Source: Naegleria gruberi | Taxonomy: Eukaryota | NCBI GenBank assembly: GCA_000004985.1 | Contig: GG738855.1 | Strand: one strand, 5' to 3' | Length of the DNA stretch: 64,000 nucleotides | In this document: piece after piece, positions 10,313-19,944 of the stretch | How the letters are laid out: every line of letters begins with the position of its first letter | How positions within the stretch are numbered: position 1 is the first letter of the stretch | The notes under the pieces: model-generated | Databases searched by the model: none | What the model saw: the letters and a program-made list of their open reading frames with translations, nothing else | What the model was told of the DNA's origin: nothing | Translations under genes and position numbers: made by a program

Positions 10313-12706
10313 TTAAGGAGCTAGTGCTTTAGCAGAAGTATTCACAATACCAGCAAACAAGTATTCCCCACCATCTTGTTCTTCCTTCATTAAATCCCTT
10401 AAGAAAAGAACAGTTTGCTTTTCAGTATTTTCAATTGATCTATCAATTTCAGCCTCTAATTGATTTCCTTCATATACTGCAGAGGTTTGTTTTCCTTCCA
10501 AAACCCAACTTTCAAATTGGAGAGCCTTAGCATGAGCAATTTCCTTTGTTGGAGCCAAAATACGATAGGCACGCTTGTATAAACTCTTTCTCTTATCTTC
10601 AGAAAGATTCTCGAAAACTTCAACCAAAATATCGTGAAGCAAGAAAGGTAAATCAAAGTTATAGTCTCGTCTGGCAACTTTTTCACAATAATCGAAAATC
10701 TTTTCCTTCTCTATTAATGATTTGGTAATTTCTTCCGTGGCAGTATCCTTATTCATTCTATGAATAATGTAGCTACCATGAATGGATCTGAGTTGAGCCC
10801 AAATCTTGAATTTGTTTTCAAAACAGTCTTCATTTCTTGAAAGAATAATTACAATATTTTCAAGGTATGATTCGAATTGTTCCTCTCTATTGAGTGCATG
10901 ATTTGAGTGTTCCCTCATTTGAGTAACAGCAAATCTCAACAAGTGGAGAGCTTCATTAATAATAACTTCCTTGAAGTTGAAGAAATGTACAGATAATTGA
11001 TTCCAAATTTGAGGGTGATTTTCCTTGATATTAGTTTCAAATGTCAATACATGAGTAATTGACATTAATAAATTATCCCAAACTTGAGCAAATTCGTCCC
11101 AACCAGAGTTTTCACTTTCTTCGCTCAAAAATCCCTTAATGAAAGAAAGTTGAAGTTTGCAAAGTTCAGAACATGCTTGAATTTCGACCTTATCCTTGAG
11201 AAGTTGAAGCATGGCAGATGATGGTTGATCACCAACACTTGGAATTTCATCAGAGAACATTCCAATGCTTTGACCAATACCTGTACCAATGTCAAGCAAT
11301 CTCTTGATTGTCTTTAATCTTGATGGAATATCTAGTGCATTATTTTGAGCTTCTTCACTTTCTTCTTCTTGTTCAGGTTGTTTCTCTCGTTGTTTAACAA
11401 GGAGCATCTTTCTTAAAAAGATTGACCATTCATAGGAAAGTACTACAGAATCTAATACAATTTGTTGACTGGTGAATTTAGGATGCAAAGACTTTTCAGC
11501 AGCAGGTAAGCTGTTCAATTGTCTAGCAGTAAGAAAAGTCAAATCTTCGTAACAAGAATCAGCTGATTTCCATTCATTTGCCATTGTGTACAAATATCCA
11601 AGTTTGAGCAATGATGTCTTGAGTTCGAACAAGTTTAGGCTATCAGATGCAAAGTTAATAGATGCAGGATTCTCTTTTGGAAGAAGCTTTTTAAGGTGAT
11701 CAGCTGAACTCTTAAAATCTTGCACTCTTTCGAATAGAATTGAAAGTCTCTTATCCAAATCTCTAATGTACTGTTCAGTAGATGCTATATGTTTGATAAC
11801 GTCTTGAGTTGAGGAAATGTTTTTAAGAATATTTAGAACCTCTTCCAATTTTTGGTATACAGCAATGAGAGTATTTACAGCATTTCTCAATTGTCCTTCA
11901 CGTTCATAAACAGCTGAGAGTTGGAAATATGTACCAAAAATGCTCATCACAAGATTTTCATTTCTTTTTTGCTCCAAGAAGGATTCTACAACAATTCTGG
12001 TTGCGAATGATGATGCATCATATTGGAAGAAGAGTAATTTTTGAAGAATAATCTTGCTCAATGATGTACATTGAAGAATATTGTAAATTCCGTTCATCTC
12101 GTTCAAATATTTGATAATTTCCTCTTTAGCTTTTTTAACAGTTTCAACATTTTCAGGAAGATGAGAAAGGTCTGTCTTTCTCTTTATCAATGATTGCAAC
12201 TTGCTTGTGGAAAAGCTCAATTTTGATAAATCTGCCAATTTACTATCATCCTTCTTTGACAATTCATGTTCCTTCAAGTATTGTGATGCTACTTGGAGTG
12301 CAATAAGTTGTGGATATATATCTTCGGCATCAGGTCTATCGGCCATATATTGTTTAGAAACATAAACAATACCGTCTATTGTTTTGGTGAGTGTCTCTGT
12401 GAGCGCTTTCTTATCATCTGTAGCATTCTTCCAGCTATAGAGTTGAATAATAAGAGTTTGTAAATGAGTTTGAGTCCACTTTGCTACAGTTTCATCATTT
12501 AAATCGGAAATATGATATTCATTTGCTTGACCAAGGTTTGTATCATAATGATAGGAATTAAAACAAGTGCCAGTTAAAGATGTTGTTGTTTTCAAACAAT
12601 TAATACTATTATGCTTAATTGATGATGATCTATTGTTGGTAACCAATAACGAAGATGAAGAAAGAGTCTTTGGCCTGAAAACCCTTTTCACGATGTGATT
12701 TTTCAT
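10313..12706 (-). CDS. Hypothetical all-helical protein of 797 aa with an S/T/basic N-terminus (possible organellar presequence)
   Basis: A single uninterrupted ORF with ATG at 12706 after an A-run. I recognise no family motif. Confidence 0.65.
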   Translation of the reverse strand: MKNHIVKRVFRPKTLSSSSLLVTNNRSSSIKHNSINCLKTTTSLTGTCFNSYHYDTNLGQANEYHISDLNDETVAKWTQTHLQTLIIQLYSWKNATDDKKALTETLTKTIDGIVYVSKQYMADRPDAEDIYPQLIALQVASQYLKEHELSKKDDSKLADLSKLSFSTSKLQSLIKRKTDLSHLPENVETVKKAKEEIIKYLNEMNGIYNILQCTSLSKIILQKLLFFQYDASSFATRIVVESFLEQKRNENLVMSIFGTYFQLSAVYEREGQLRNAVNTLIAVYQKLEEVLNILKNISSTQDVIKHIASTEQYIRDLDKRLSILFERVQDFKSSADHLKKLLPKENPASINFASDSLNLFELKTSLLKLGYLYTMANEWKSADSCYEDLTFLTARQLNSLPAAEKSLHPKFTSQQIVLDSVVLSYEWSIFLRKMLLVKQREKQPEQEEESEEAQNNALDIPSRLKTIKRLLDIGTGIGQSIGMFSDEIPSVGDQPSSAMLQLLKDKVEIQACSELCKLQLSFIKGFLSEESENSGWDEFAQVWDNLLMSITHVLTFETNIKENHPQIWNQLSVHFFNFKEVIINEALHLLRFAVTQMREHSNHALNREEQFESYLENIVIILSRNEDCFENKFKIWAQLRSIHGSYIIHRMNKDTATEEITKSLIEKEKIFDYCEKVARRDYNFDLPFLLHDILVEVFENLSEDKRKSLYKRAYRILAPTKEIAHAKALQFESWVLEGKQTSAVYEGNQLEAEIDRSIENTEKQTVLFLRDLMKEEQDGGEYLFAGIVNTSAKALAP

Positions 12707-12931
12707 TTTTTTTAAAATTTATTTTTATTCCTTTCCGAACTTTAATTTCCAGTTTGATTGTTGTTCTTATCCGTATTGCATGATTTTGAAAAGAGGGTAG
12801 ATGAAATTTAATGCCACATGTGGCTTACTCTGCTTTACAATGAGAAGAGATGATGATATTTAATGTAGGTGAAACACAAAGCTGTTTTAGTAGATAGGAA
12901 TAGCATTCACCACTTGTTGGAATCAAAAGTT

Positions 12932-12939
12932 TTTGCCGC
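12932..12939. promoter_or_regulatory. TTTGCCGC, matching the E2F consensus TTTSSCGC, 40 nt upstream of the Myb/SANT gene ATG
   Basis: Read directly as aagtTTTTGCCGCCttttttt. It is a single 8-mer match, so chance occurrence is not excluded. Confidence 0.3.
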
Positions 12940-12978
12940 CTTTTTTTAAATATCAAACGAATTGAAAATCAAAACAAA

Positions 12979-14121
12979 ATGGAAAGTGGTCTCTCTTTAA
13001 ACCTTGTAGATTTCAATTCCTTGGTTGTTTCCTCGACAAATAGTGTTGGAGACTCTGCAGTGAATACGAGGAGAATGTTGGCAAAATCGTGGACTTCACT
13101 CCTGTTGGGTGGTGATGAAGGAGAAGACGAAGTCTATTCGTCATCGCCTCCGACCATTCATCACCATCTGCAAAATACTCATTTAAATTCGGATCCTAAT
13201 GATTTAGTTGTTTTGCATGATTTTAATGACAATTCAAGTATTATTACAGATGTCATCAGTAATGTTGATAATGGCAGTAGCAATCACGTGATTGATTCAG
13301 CAGTAATTCAAAAAGAACGATTAATCAAAAAACAATTGGAATGTAAAAAATTGAGAATGCTCTTCTCACCTCCAGAAATGCTAACAGAGGATGGTGAAAT
13401 TGAAGAGTCTTACTTTAGACCAGATCCTTCCAGAATTTTTAATATGGATTGTCTGAAAACACTGACCTGGAATAAGACAGACGAAGAATTGTTGAGAAGA
13501 GGTATTAATGAGTTTGGAAATGATTGGACAGCCATAATTTTGAAATACCTTCCGAATTGGGACGCAAAAGAACTGCAAGAAAAGTGTAAACAATTGAAAA
13601 TCTCAACAAAAAAGGCTCGCACAACTCCTGAACCAAAAATCAATACTAGTGGTAAACTATCCACTTCTTCATCAACAAAGAGGAAGAAAAAAACAAAGAA
13701 AAAACCAGAAAGTGAAGACAAAGAATTTGAAGAAAATGAAACAGATGAAGAATCATTTGAAATTATTTCAGAAGAGGAGAAGAAGCCAAAGAGAAAAACA
13801 TCTAATAAGAAGAATGCCACAACCACTGTAAAATCTAAAACAATATCTAAAACCAATAAGAAATCTAACAGCAAACAAAATGGAAAATCAACCACTAAAA
13901 AGGTGGCTGTAACCAATTCTGAAACTTCTGAAGAGGAGGAAGAATTCAATGAAGATGATTTTATTTCAGAAGAAGAAGAGGAGGATGAAATGAGTGATGA
14001 AGAACCTCCAAAAAGTAGCAAAAGAGGTGGCAGAGCTAGGCCAAAGAGGCAAGTACAAAGGTATTGCTATCATGAAAATTCATCTGGTGAAGATGAAATG
14101 CTCGACCAGTACATTGATTAA
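12979..14121 (+). CDS. Myb/SANT-like DNA-binding domain protein with a K/E/S-rich tail
   Basis: A single 380-aa ORF. It carries one Myb-like repeat, TWNKTDEELLRRGINEFGNDWTAIILKYLPNWDAKELQEKCKQL, followed by lysine/glutamate-rich low complexity. Confidence 0.75.
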   Translation: MESGLSLNLVDFNSLVVSSTNSVGDSAVNTRRMLAKSWTSLLLGGDEGEDEVYSSSPPTIHHHLQNTHLNSDPNDLVVLHDFNDNSSIITDVISNVDNGSSNHVIDSAVIQKERLIKKQLECKKLRMLFSPPEMLTEDGEIEESYFRPDPSRIFNMDCLKTLTWNKTDEELLRRGINEFGNDWTAIILKYLPNWDAKELQEKCKQLKISTKKARTTPEPKINTSGKLSTSSSTKRKKKTKKKPESEDKEFEENETDEESFEIISEEEKKPKRKTSNKKNATTTVKSKTISKTNKKSNSKQNGKSTTKKVAVTNSETSEEEEEFNEDDFISEEEEEDEMSDEEPPKSSKRGGRARPKRQVQRYCYHENSSGEDEMLDQYID

Positions 14122-14141
14122 TGTATCAACACTCTAAAAAA

Positions 14142-15116
14142 ATGTCACCTCATGAATTGCTAGAAGATTATCAATTTTGGATAGAAAAATTAGTGATTGC
14201 ATATTGGATACTCGGAAGTGTCTTGTATTGTCTCCGATTTTTCAACAATTTTTTCCATTCATCATTTCAATATGGAAGATTTTCATCAACGAGTACGGAT
14301 AACTCTCCTCACACCAATCAACCAAGGAATGAATTTCTTGACAAAATTTCACACTTTATTATGAAACCTATTGTGACGGAAAGTTTTCATTGGAGAAGCA
14401 TATACTCAGTCGGATTGGTTGTGAATACTTTTGGAATTTATGTGTTTCACTCTGTGAATGGATTAGAGTGGTCAACAATTTTGATTCTTGTACTGTATGA
14501 AGCTCATCTCCTCAAGAGATGCATTGAAGTCTATTGGTTACAACCATGGGTCAATCCTCCAAGATTTGTTGGATCATTTCTATTCTTGAGTGGTGTTTCG
14601 TATTATGTCATCTCTCCAATTACATTCTTATTGGGATGCCTTAAGCGTACAGATTTGCAGAGGTATCCGCTGAATATTTTAGGAGCTTTCTTCTTTATCT
14701 ATTGCTGGTATGTAATTTGTTAAATATTTAATCACAATTAATTATTTGAATGGTCACTAGCTATCACCAATACCAATGTCACAAGATTCTCTATTCGCTT
14801 GCAAGAGAAAAAAACAAGAATCCAAGCATTGGGTATCAGATTCCAAATGGTGACTTATTTGATTTGTTATATTGTCCACATTACTCAACAGAAATCGGAA
14901 TGTACCTTTCACTCAATATTATCCTATGTTTTTCATACATTCCCTCAATGTAAGTTAATACTCCTTAGAAAATCATCTTAGAGTAATAGATTGTGTTTTG
15001 CATTCACTTCACTTAACCTTGGTTATCACTCAATTGAAACATATCGTTGGTATCAAACAAAATTCCCAAAGAAACTCCCATCTAAGCGCAAAGTACTCAT
15101 TCCTTACCTTTTCTAA
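14142..15116 (+). CDS. Polyprenol reductase / steroid 5-alpha-reductase family membrane protein (SRD5A3/DFG10-like)
   Basis: Model: join(14142..14707,14761..14949,14990..15116). The introns are 53 nt (GTATGT..CTAG) and 40 nt (GTAAGT..ATAG). The joined C-terminus reads YHQYQCHKILYSLAREK..YQIPNGDLFDLLYCPHYSTEIGMY...HSIETYRWYQTKFPKKLPSKRKVLIPYLF, the 3-oxo-5-alpha-steroid 4-dehydrogenase C-terminal pattern. The ORF opens at 14121 (ATG overlapping the upstream stop as TAATG), but the ATG at 14142 has the typical A-run context. Confidence 0.78.
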
Positions 15117-15372
15117 AAAAGGGGAATTTTCTTTGGCCAAACCGTTTGTTATAATGCTGTCTGACTCTGAGCAAATAAACAAACCGGCATTCCACCTCTT
15201 CTATAAGTTATTATTCTTATAAAAAAATTCACCATCCAACCGCTCGCTTACACTGTCGCCTCAATAGACTGCACAAAAACATTAAGCAGCAAACGTAAAC
15301 ATTAAAATTGGATTTTGATAACAATAATAACAATAATAATAATACATCCTATTCAGCTGCTCGACAGGAATT

Positions 15373-17631
15373 ATGTTCCGTCCCTCATCCTTCATAAGAT
15401 CAACAGGATCTCGACAACCCTTGGGAGATTTTTCATCTTCTTCTAATAACTCGACACCAAACACCCCTCCTCCACCTACATCCACTAATGAAACTAATAG
15501 TAATAATAATATTGGAAAATCATTTTTGAGAGGTTCTTCATTTGTTGGAGGATTTACTCAGTCCTTCAACCTTCCTATTAAGAGAACAACAGAAGTAGTG
15601 GAAACAGATAACAATGTCCGAAGAAATAGCGAGGCCACACAACGTCTTCCTTCACCCTCAATAGCAGAAACCATTGAAGTTGATAAAAACCTAGTATCCA
15701 GCATCAAATCATGGGCATTTGAGGGTTCAATTAAGTTACCAGAATGTTTGAATCCAAATTTTAAACCTAAAATACAACCAGAAGAAGAATCAGAAATGAA
15801 AAGATCGGAAAGTGTAGTAATTGATGAAAAAAAGTCTTTTAATGAGCTTTTCGACTCTTTATTCTCATCATCTTCCTTAGAGGAAACAGCAGGAGAAAAA
15901 TCTCCCTCAACAACAGATGATTCTGATGTTGCCTCTCCCCCTAATACACCACCTTCATCAACTAATAGTGTAGGAACACCTCCAAAGGGAGGTTTAAAAT
16001 CTCTTTTATTCGGAAAAAAGTATAAACCAACAACAACAGCAACAGTAAGCAATATTCCTCTGGTTAAGGAAACACCTAAGCCTCTAAATCCATATAGAAT
16101 TGCCCATGTTCCTCTTCGAGATGACCAATTTGGCAGAACAGGGTTTAAATTGGAATTAACAGATTTTCAAATTATAGAAACTTTCAGAGATGTATCTAGA
16201 TATAATAGAAAAAAAGATATTGACGAGCAACGAAGAATGAGAAACCAACTGATGGAAAATTCAAAAAACCAAAATAATGATACTTCAGATTCTGTTCTGG
16301 AAAGAGAGTATGAATACTCGTGCTATAGTTCCCAATCTGATTCCCCTGTTGTGGATAAGAATTCAGAGGAAATATTGAGAAGGAAAAAGTTTATAGAGAA
16401 GGAAATAATGGAAACAGAGATTGGATATGTGAGAAATCTTGTACATTTATTTGAGTATTATTTATTGCCAATTAGGAAAGTTGGTATTCTATCAAAAGAA
16501 AACTATCAGATAGTATTCAAAAACATTAATATGATTCTAGCAATTAATACTACATTGCTTACAGAATTCGAAAAAGCATACTATTCACTAAAACCAAAAG
16601 AGTCGATTGCGTCGATATTCAGTTCTAGAATTCCAGCAATTAAGCTCTATGTAGGATATGTAAATAGTTACCCGAGTGCAATCAAGTGTTTGAATGAAAT
16701 CTTGTCAAAAGATAATAATTTTGATTCATGGGAGAAATCTCAACGAAATACTAAAGTGAACGGAGTTCATTTGTTTCCACTGAGGAGTTTTATTGCGTTA
16801 CCTCTGCAAAGAATTACTAAGTACTACCTCTTATTCAATGATTTGTTGGAAACATTGGATGGTGATGACTATTACTCTCTTAGCGCAGTTATTGATGAAA
16901 TGAAATCCCTGTCCGCTTATTGTATCGAGAAGAAGAATGAATCAGATAATTTGGAAACTCTGTTAGAGTTCCAGAAAAAGCTGAAACTAAAAGAACTGGT
17001 AAGAGGAGATAGAACCTTCCTTAGGGAAGGAGTTGGAAGTGTAGATAATGGTGACACCATAGTTGAGTTATATCTATTCTCAGACCTTTTAGTTTATGTC
17101 ATGTCAAATGAATCGAAACGAGTAGTTAAGGAGGTACCTCTCAAAGCTGGTAATCTTATTGAACTAACCAAAATCTCATCCACAACTGTGATGCTTTCCT
17201 TTCAGAATGAAAAGAGTTATATCACATTTGATTCTGAAGAAGAGCAAAAAGTGTGGTCATCTGCAATCAATGAACAACTCAATTCCAGCTTAACAAAGGC
17301 AAGAATAAGAAGAAGAGGAAATTCAAGCACTCCACTAGAGGAAAAGATTATTTTTGCAGGCTACCTCACAAAATCCAAAGGCTTGAGCAAGAAAACTAGA
17401 TTCCATACATTATCTTCCATGGGAGGTGTAAAATACTATGACAAGCCCAATGGTGACATGAAAGGTTCCTATCAAATCAAGGGAAGTAAGATATTCAAAA
17501 AATCACCTACAACTTTCTTACTCACTGATAGTGATGGTAAATCCTTTTACTATAGCACAGAAAACGACAGTATTGCCTCAACTTGGATCAATCGATTCAT
17601 TGGTTTGGGAGCAGTCATTATGAAACAATAA
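15373..17631 (+). CDS. Rho guanine-nucleotide exchange factor (DH domain, PH-like region, and a second C-terminal PH domain)
   Basis: A single 752-aa ORF. DH-domain hallmarks are RRKKFIEKEIMETEIGYVRNLVHLFEYYLLPI and LPLQRITKYYLLFNDLLE. The C-terminal segment IFAGYLTKSKGLSKKTRFHTLSS..VKYYD is PH-like. Confidence 0.85.
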   Translation: MFRPSSFIRSTGSRQPLGDFSSSSNNSTPNTPPPPTSTNETNSNNNIGKSFLRGSSFVGGFTQSFNLPIKRTTEVVETDNNVRRNSEATQRLPSPSIAETIEVDKNLVSSIKSWAFEGSIKLPECLNPNFKPKIQPEEESEMKRSESVVIDEKKSFNELFDSLFSSSSLEETAGEKSPSTTDDSDVASPPNTPPSSTNSVGTPPKGGLKSLLFGKKYKPTTTATVSNIPLVKETPKPLNPYRIAHVPLRDDQFGRTGFKLELTDFQIIETFRDVSRYNRKKDIDEQRRMRNQLMENSKNQNNDTSDSVLEREYEYSCYSSQSDSPVVDKNSEEILRRKKFIEKEIMETEIGYVRNLVHLFEYYLLPIRKVGILSKENYQIVFKNINMILAINTTLLTEFEKAYYSLKPKESIASIFSSRIPAIKLYVGYVNSYPSAIKCLNEILSKDNNFDSWEKSQRNTKVNGVHLFPLRSFIALPLQRITKYYLLFNDLLETLDGDDYYSLSAVIDEMKSLSAYCIEKKNESDNLETLLEFQKKLKLKELVRGDRTFLREGVGSVDNGDTIVELYLFSDLLVYVMSNESKRVVKEVPLKAGNLIELTKISSTTVMLSFQNEKSYITFDSEEEQKVWSSAINEQLNSSLTKARIRRRGNSSTPLEEKIIFAGYLTKSKGLSKKTRFHTLSSMGGVKYYDKPNGDMKGSYQIKGSKIFKKSPTTFLLTDSDGKSFYYSTENDSIASTWINRFIGLGAVIMKQ

Positions 17632-17670
17632 ACTTGTTCAACAATTTATTGGTAAAATCCAATCAAAAAA

Positions 17671-19938
17671 ATGCTTCAAAAATCAACAAGAAGAATTTCA
17701 TCACTTTATGCTGGTTGTGGTCGTATTTCATCAACACCATCATCATCGGGAGTTGTACTCAACACTAATAGTTCAATCAAAATAATTAACCATCAATACA
17801 GATGTTATAATAATCATTTGGCAAAATTAAATCGTCTATCGGAATTATCAAATAATAACAAGAAACAATTTAAAAATCATCGTGATAGACAATATCAACC
17901 AATGGATAACATTGAAACACCAAAGGAAGTAAAGAATGATGTAACTACAGAATCCTATACTAAAATATTGAAAAAGTTCTTCTTAAAGGTTCACCCTGAC
18001 TTTTTCCAACAAGATCCACCAAAACAACAACAAAACAAGGAGTCCTTCTCAAAATTGAACGAACTTTTAAATTGGACTAACGAATATACCCAATTAACAC
18101 TTGATAATAAGAATTTGAATGAAGAGGAAATAGCTGACCTGGAAAAGAGATTGAATAGACTTGGTCCTATTCCAAGCGTTGATGAATCATTTGTTTTCTA
18201 TGTTAAGGAAACTGGAAGACAAAAATCTGAACCATTTAGAATTGAAGTTTTGTTTTCTTTACCAAAGAAGGTTCAATTCAATGGAAAATTAAAGAGTAGA
18301 TTGATTTTAACTCAACGTTTGGAAGAATTAGTAACTTCACTTTTGGAAAAATCAAAAATCATAACTGCTGAGGAAGCTAAAGCAAGAAGAGACATTGCTT
18401 TGGAACAATACAGAGAAATGGAAGAGTCCGTGGGTTCAAAGGGTAAGAAGACCTATAAATCACTGAAAGAAGAGTTACGTATGGCTCTCCAAAATAATTT
18501 ACAAGGAGCAGTCAACCTTGAAAAATTAAGAAGAGGTGAAGAAGATGATGAAGAATGGTGGTGGGATAAAGACTTGCCATCCATTGAACACTTGGTTACA
18601 CACGGCATGCTCTTCTTCTCTAAGAATATTACAGCAGAACAAACCATCAAAGCTATGAATCAATTGAAGAATGGTCTTGGTGAGATGAGATATTATGAAT
18701 GGAGTGATATTCCATTAATGATTACAGAAAAAACTGGCAAGTATGCTGTAAATGATCCTGTTGATGGGTTCATTTGCATTCCTTATGACTTTACTCCATT
18801 CGATTTTGTCAAGGAAATCATTACCAACGAAAAGAACATGACACTCCTCGTTGAAAAACGTGAATTGACAAGAAAAAAGGCCGAAGCTATTCAAAACATT
18901 AGAGAAAAACTTATTGAAGAAGTTGGTTTCTCTGATTTAACCATTTCACCAGAATTGACCTCAGAAGAACTCTATACATTTATTGAAAACTTTGAAAAGA
19001 GATACTTAAGTAATGACAAGATGAAATTGTTACTGAAAGACCTCTGTATCATCATTGATAACAAGTATTCAGCAAGTCCAGATGGATACATTTCAATTCA
19101 TTGGAACTTTATGCACAATGGAAAGGACAATATGTTCGAATTTTTGAAAGATTTAGGAGCTCAAAAAATCAAGAATATCAAAGATATGGGAAGAACTCTC
19201 AGCAATCTTAAGAGAGCATGTGTTTCACTCGGTGAAGAACTCATTGATAAACTTAAATGTAAAGAACTCAATTTGACAACCTATGCCGATTTGAACGAAT
19301 CCAATATGAAACGGTATCAAACTCTCCCAGTTACCCACGAATATATGAAACGATTGAGAGAATGTTGCCTCTTCTTGGAACGTTATGATTGGAGCACACA
19401 TACTTTCTATTTGGTCAATACTTTGGATTTACCTAAAGGTTTCAAACTTCCACTCAAACAAGTTCCTCATGTCAAGACAGAGGCCGATGTTAAGAGTTTA
19501 ATGAGAAGAATGACAATATATGGTGATACTATCATTGATATGGGCGCCAGAGCAGTCTATATTCCTGTAAACTTTACTGAAAATCAATTGTTCGAAACAG
19601 TCAACAAATATTGGAAGATGATTGAAAAACCTCAATTGCAATTGGATGGTGATGATTTTACAGATGTTGTAGATCCTCAAGGATTCCAACAATATAGAAA
19701 TTTGGCCTCTGAACTCGTCAAACAAGCTGAGTTTATGCTGACAAAGAAGAGAGCAGAAAGATATCAACAATTGGCTGAATTCCTCAACAGTCTTGAAGAT
19801 CAACAATTGTATGGTAAGGGTGCCAATAGTATTATGGAAGCAGCACTAGATAGACAAGAAGATGAAAGATATATCAATCTGTATCGTACTTGGTTCAGAA
19901 TTAGAGATATTCCATTAGATGTTTTTGAAACTCAATAA
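17671..19938 (+). CDS. TCAIM-like mitochondrial protein (DUF4460/DUF4461-type)
   Basis: A single 755-aa ORF with a basic, S-rich N-terminus. FFLKVHPDFFQQDPPKQQQNKESFSKLNELLNW resembles the signature FAVHPDFF..HP.E...NE.SLK.LN block of TCAIM/C3orf23. The family call is from memory. Confidence 0.55.
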   Translation: MLQKSTRRISSLYAGCGRISSTPSSSGVVLNTNSSIKIINHQYRCYNNHLAKLNRLSELSNNNKKQFKNHRDRQYQPMDNIETPKEVKNDVTTESYTKILKKFFLKVHPDFFQQDPPKQQQNKESFSKLNELLNWTNEYTQLTLDNKNLNEEEIADLEKRLNRLGPIPSVDESFVFYVKETGRQKSEPFRIEVLFSLPKKVQFNGKLKSRLILTQRLEELVTSLLEKSKIITAEEAKARRDIALEQYREMEESVGSKGKKTYKSLKEELRMALQNNLQGAVNLEKLRRGEEDDEEWWWDKDLPSIEHLVTHGMLFFSKNITAEQTIKAMNQLKNGLGEMRYYEWSDIPLMITEKTGKYAVNDPVDGFICIPYDFTPFDFVKEIITNEKNMTLLVEKRELTRKKAEAIQNIREKLIEEVGFSDLTISPELTSEELYTFIENFEKRYLSNDKMKLLLKDLCIIIDNKYSASPDGYISIHWNFMHNGKDNMFEFLKDLGAQKIKNIKDMGRTLSNLKRACVSLGEELIDKLKCKELNLTTYADLNESNMKRYQTLPVTHEYMKRLRECCLFLERYDWSTHTFYLVNTLDLPKGFKLPLKQVPHVKTEADVKSLMRRMTIYGDTIIDMGARAVYIPVNFTENQLFETVNKYWKMIEKPQLQLDGDDFTDVVDPQGFQQYRNLASELVKQAEFMLTKKRAERYQQLAEFLNSLEDQQLYGKGANSIMEAALDRQEDERYINLYRTWFRIRDIPLDVFETQ

Positions 19939-19944
19939 ATATAT

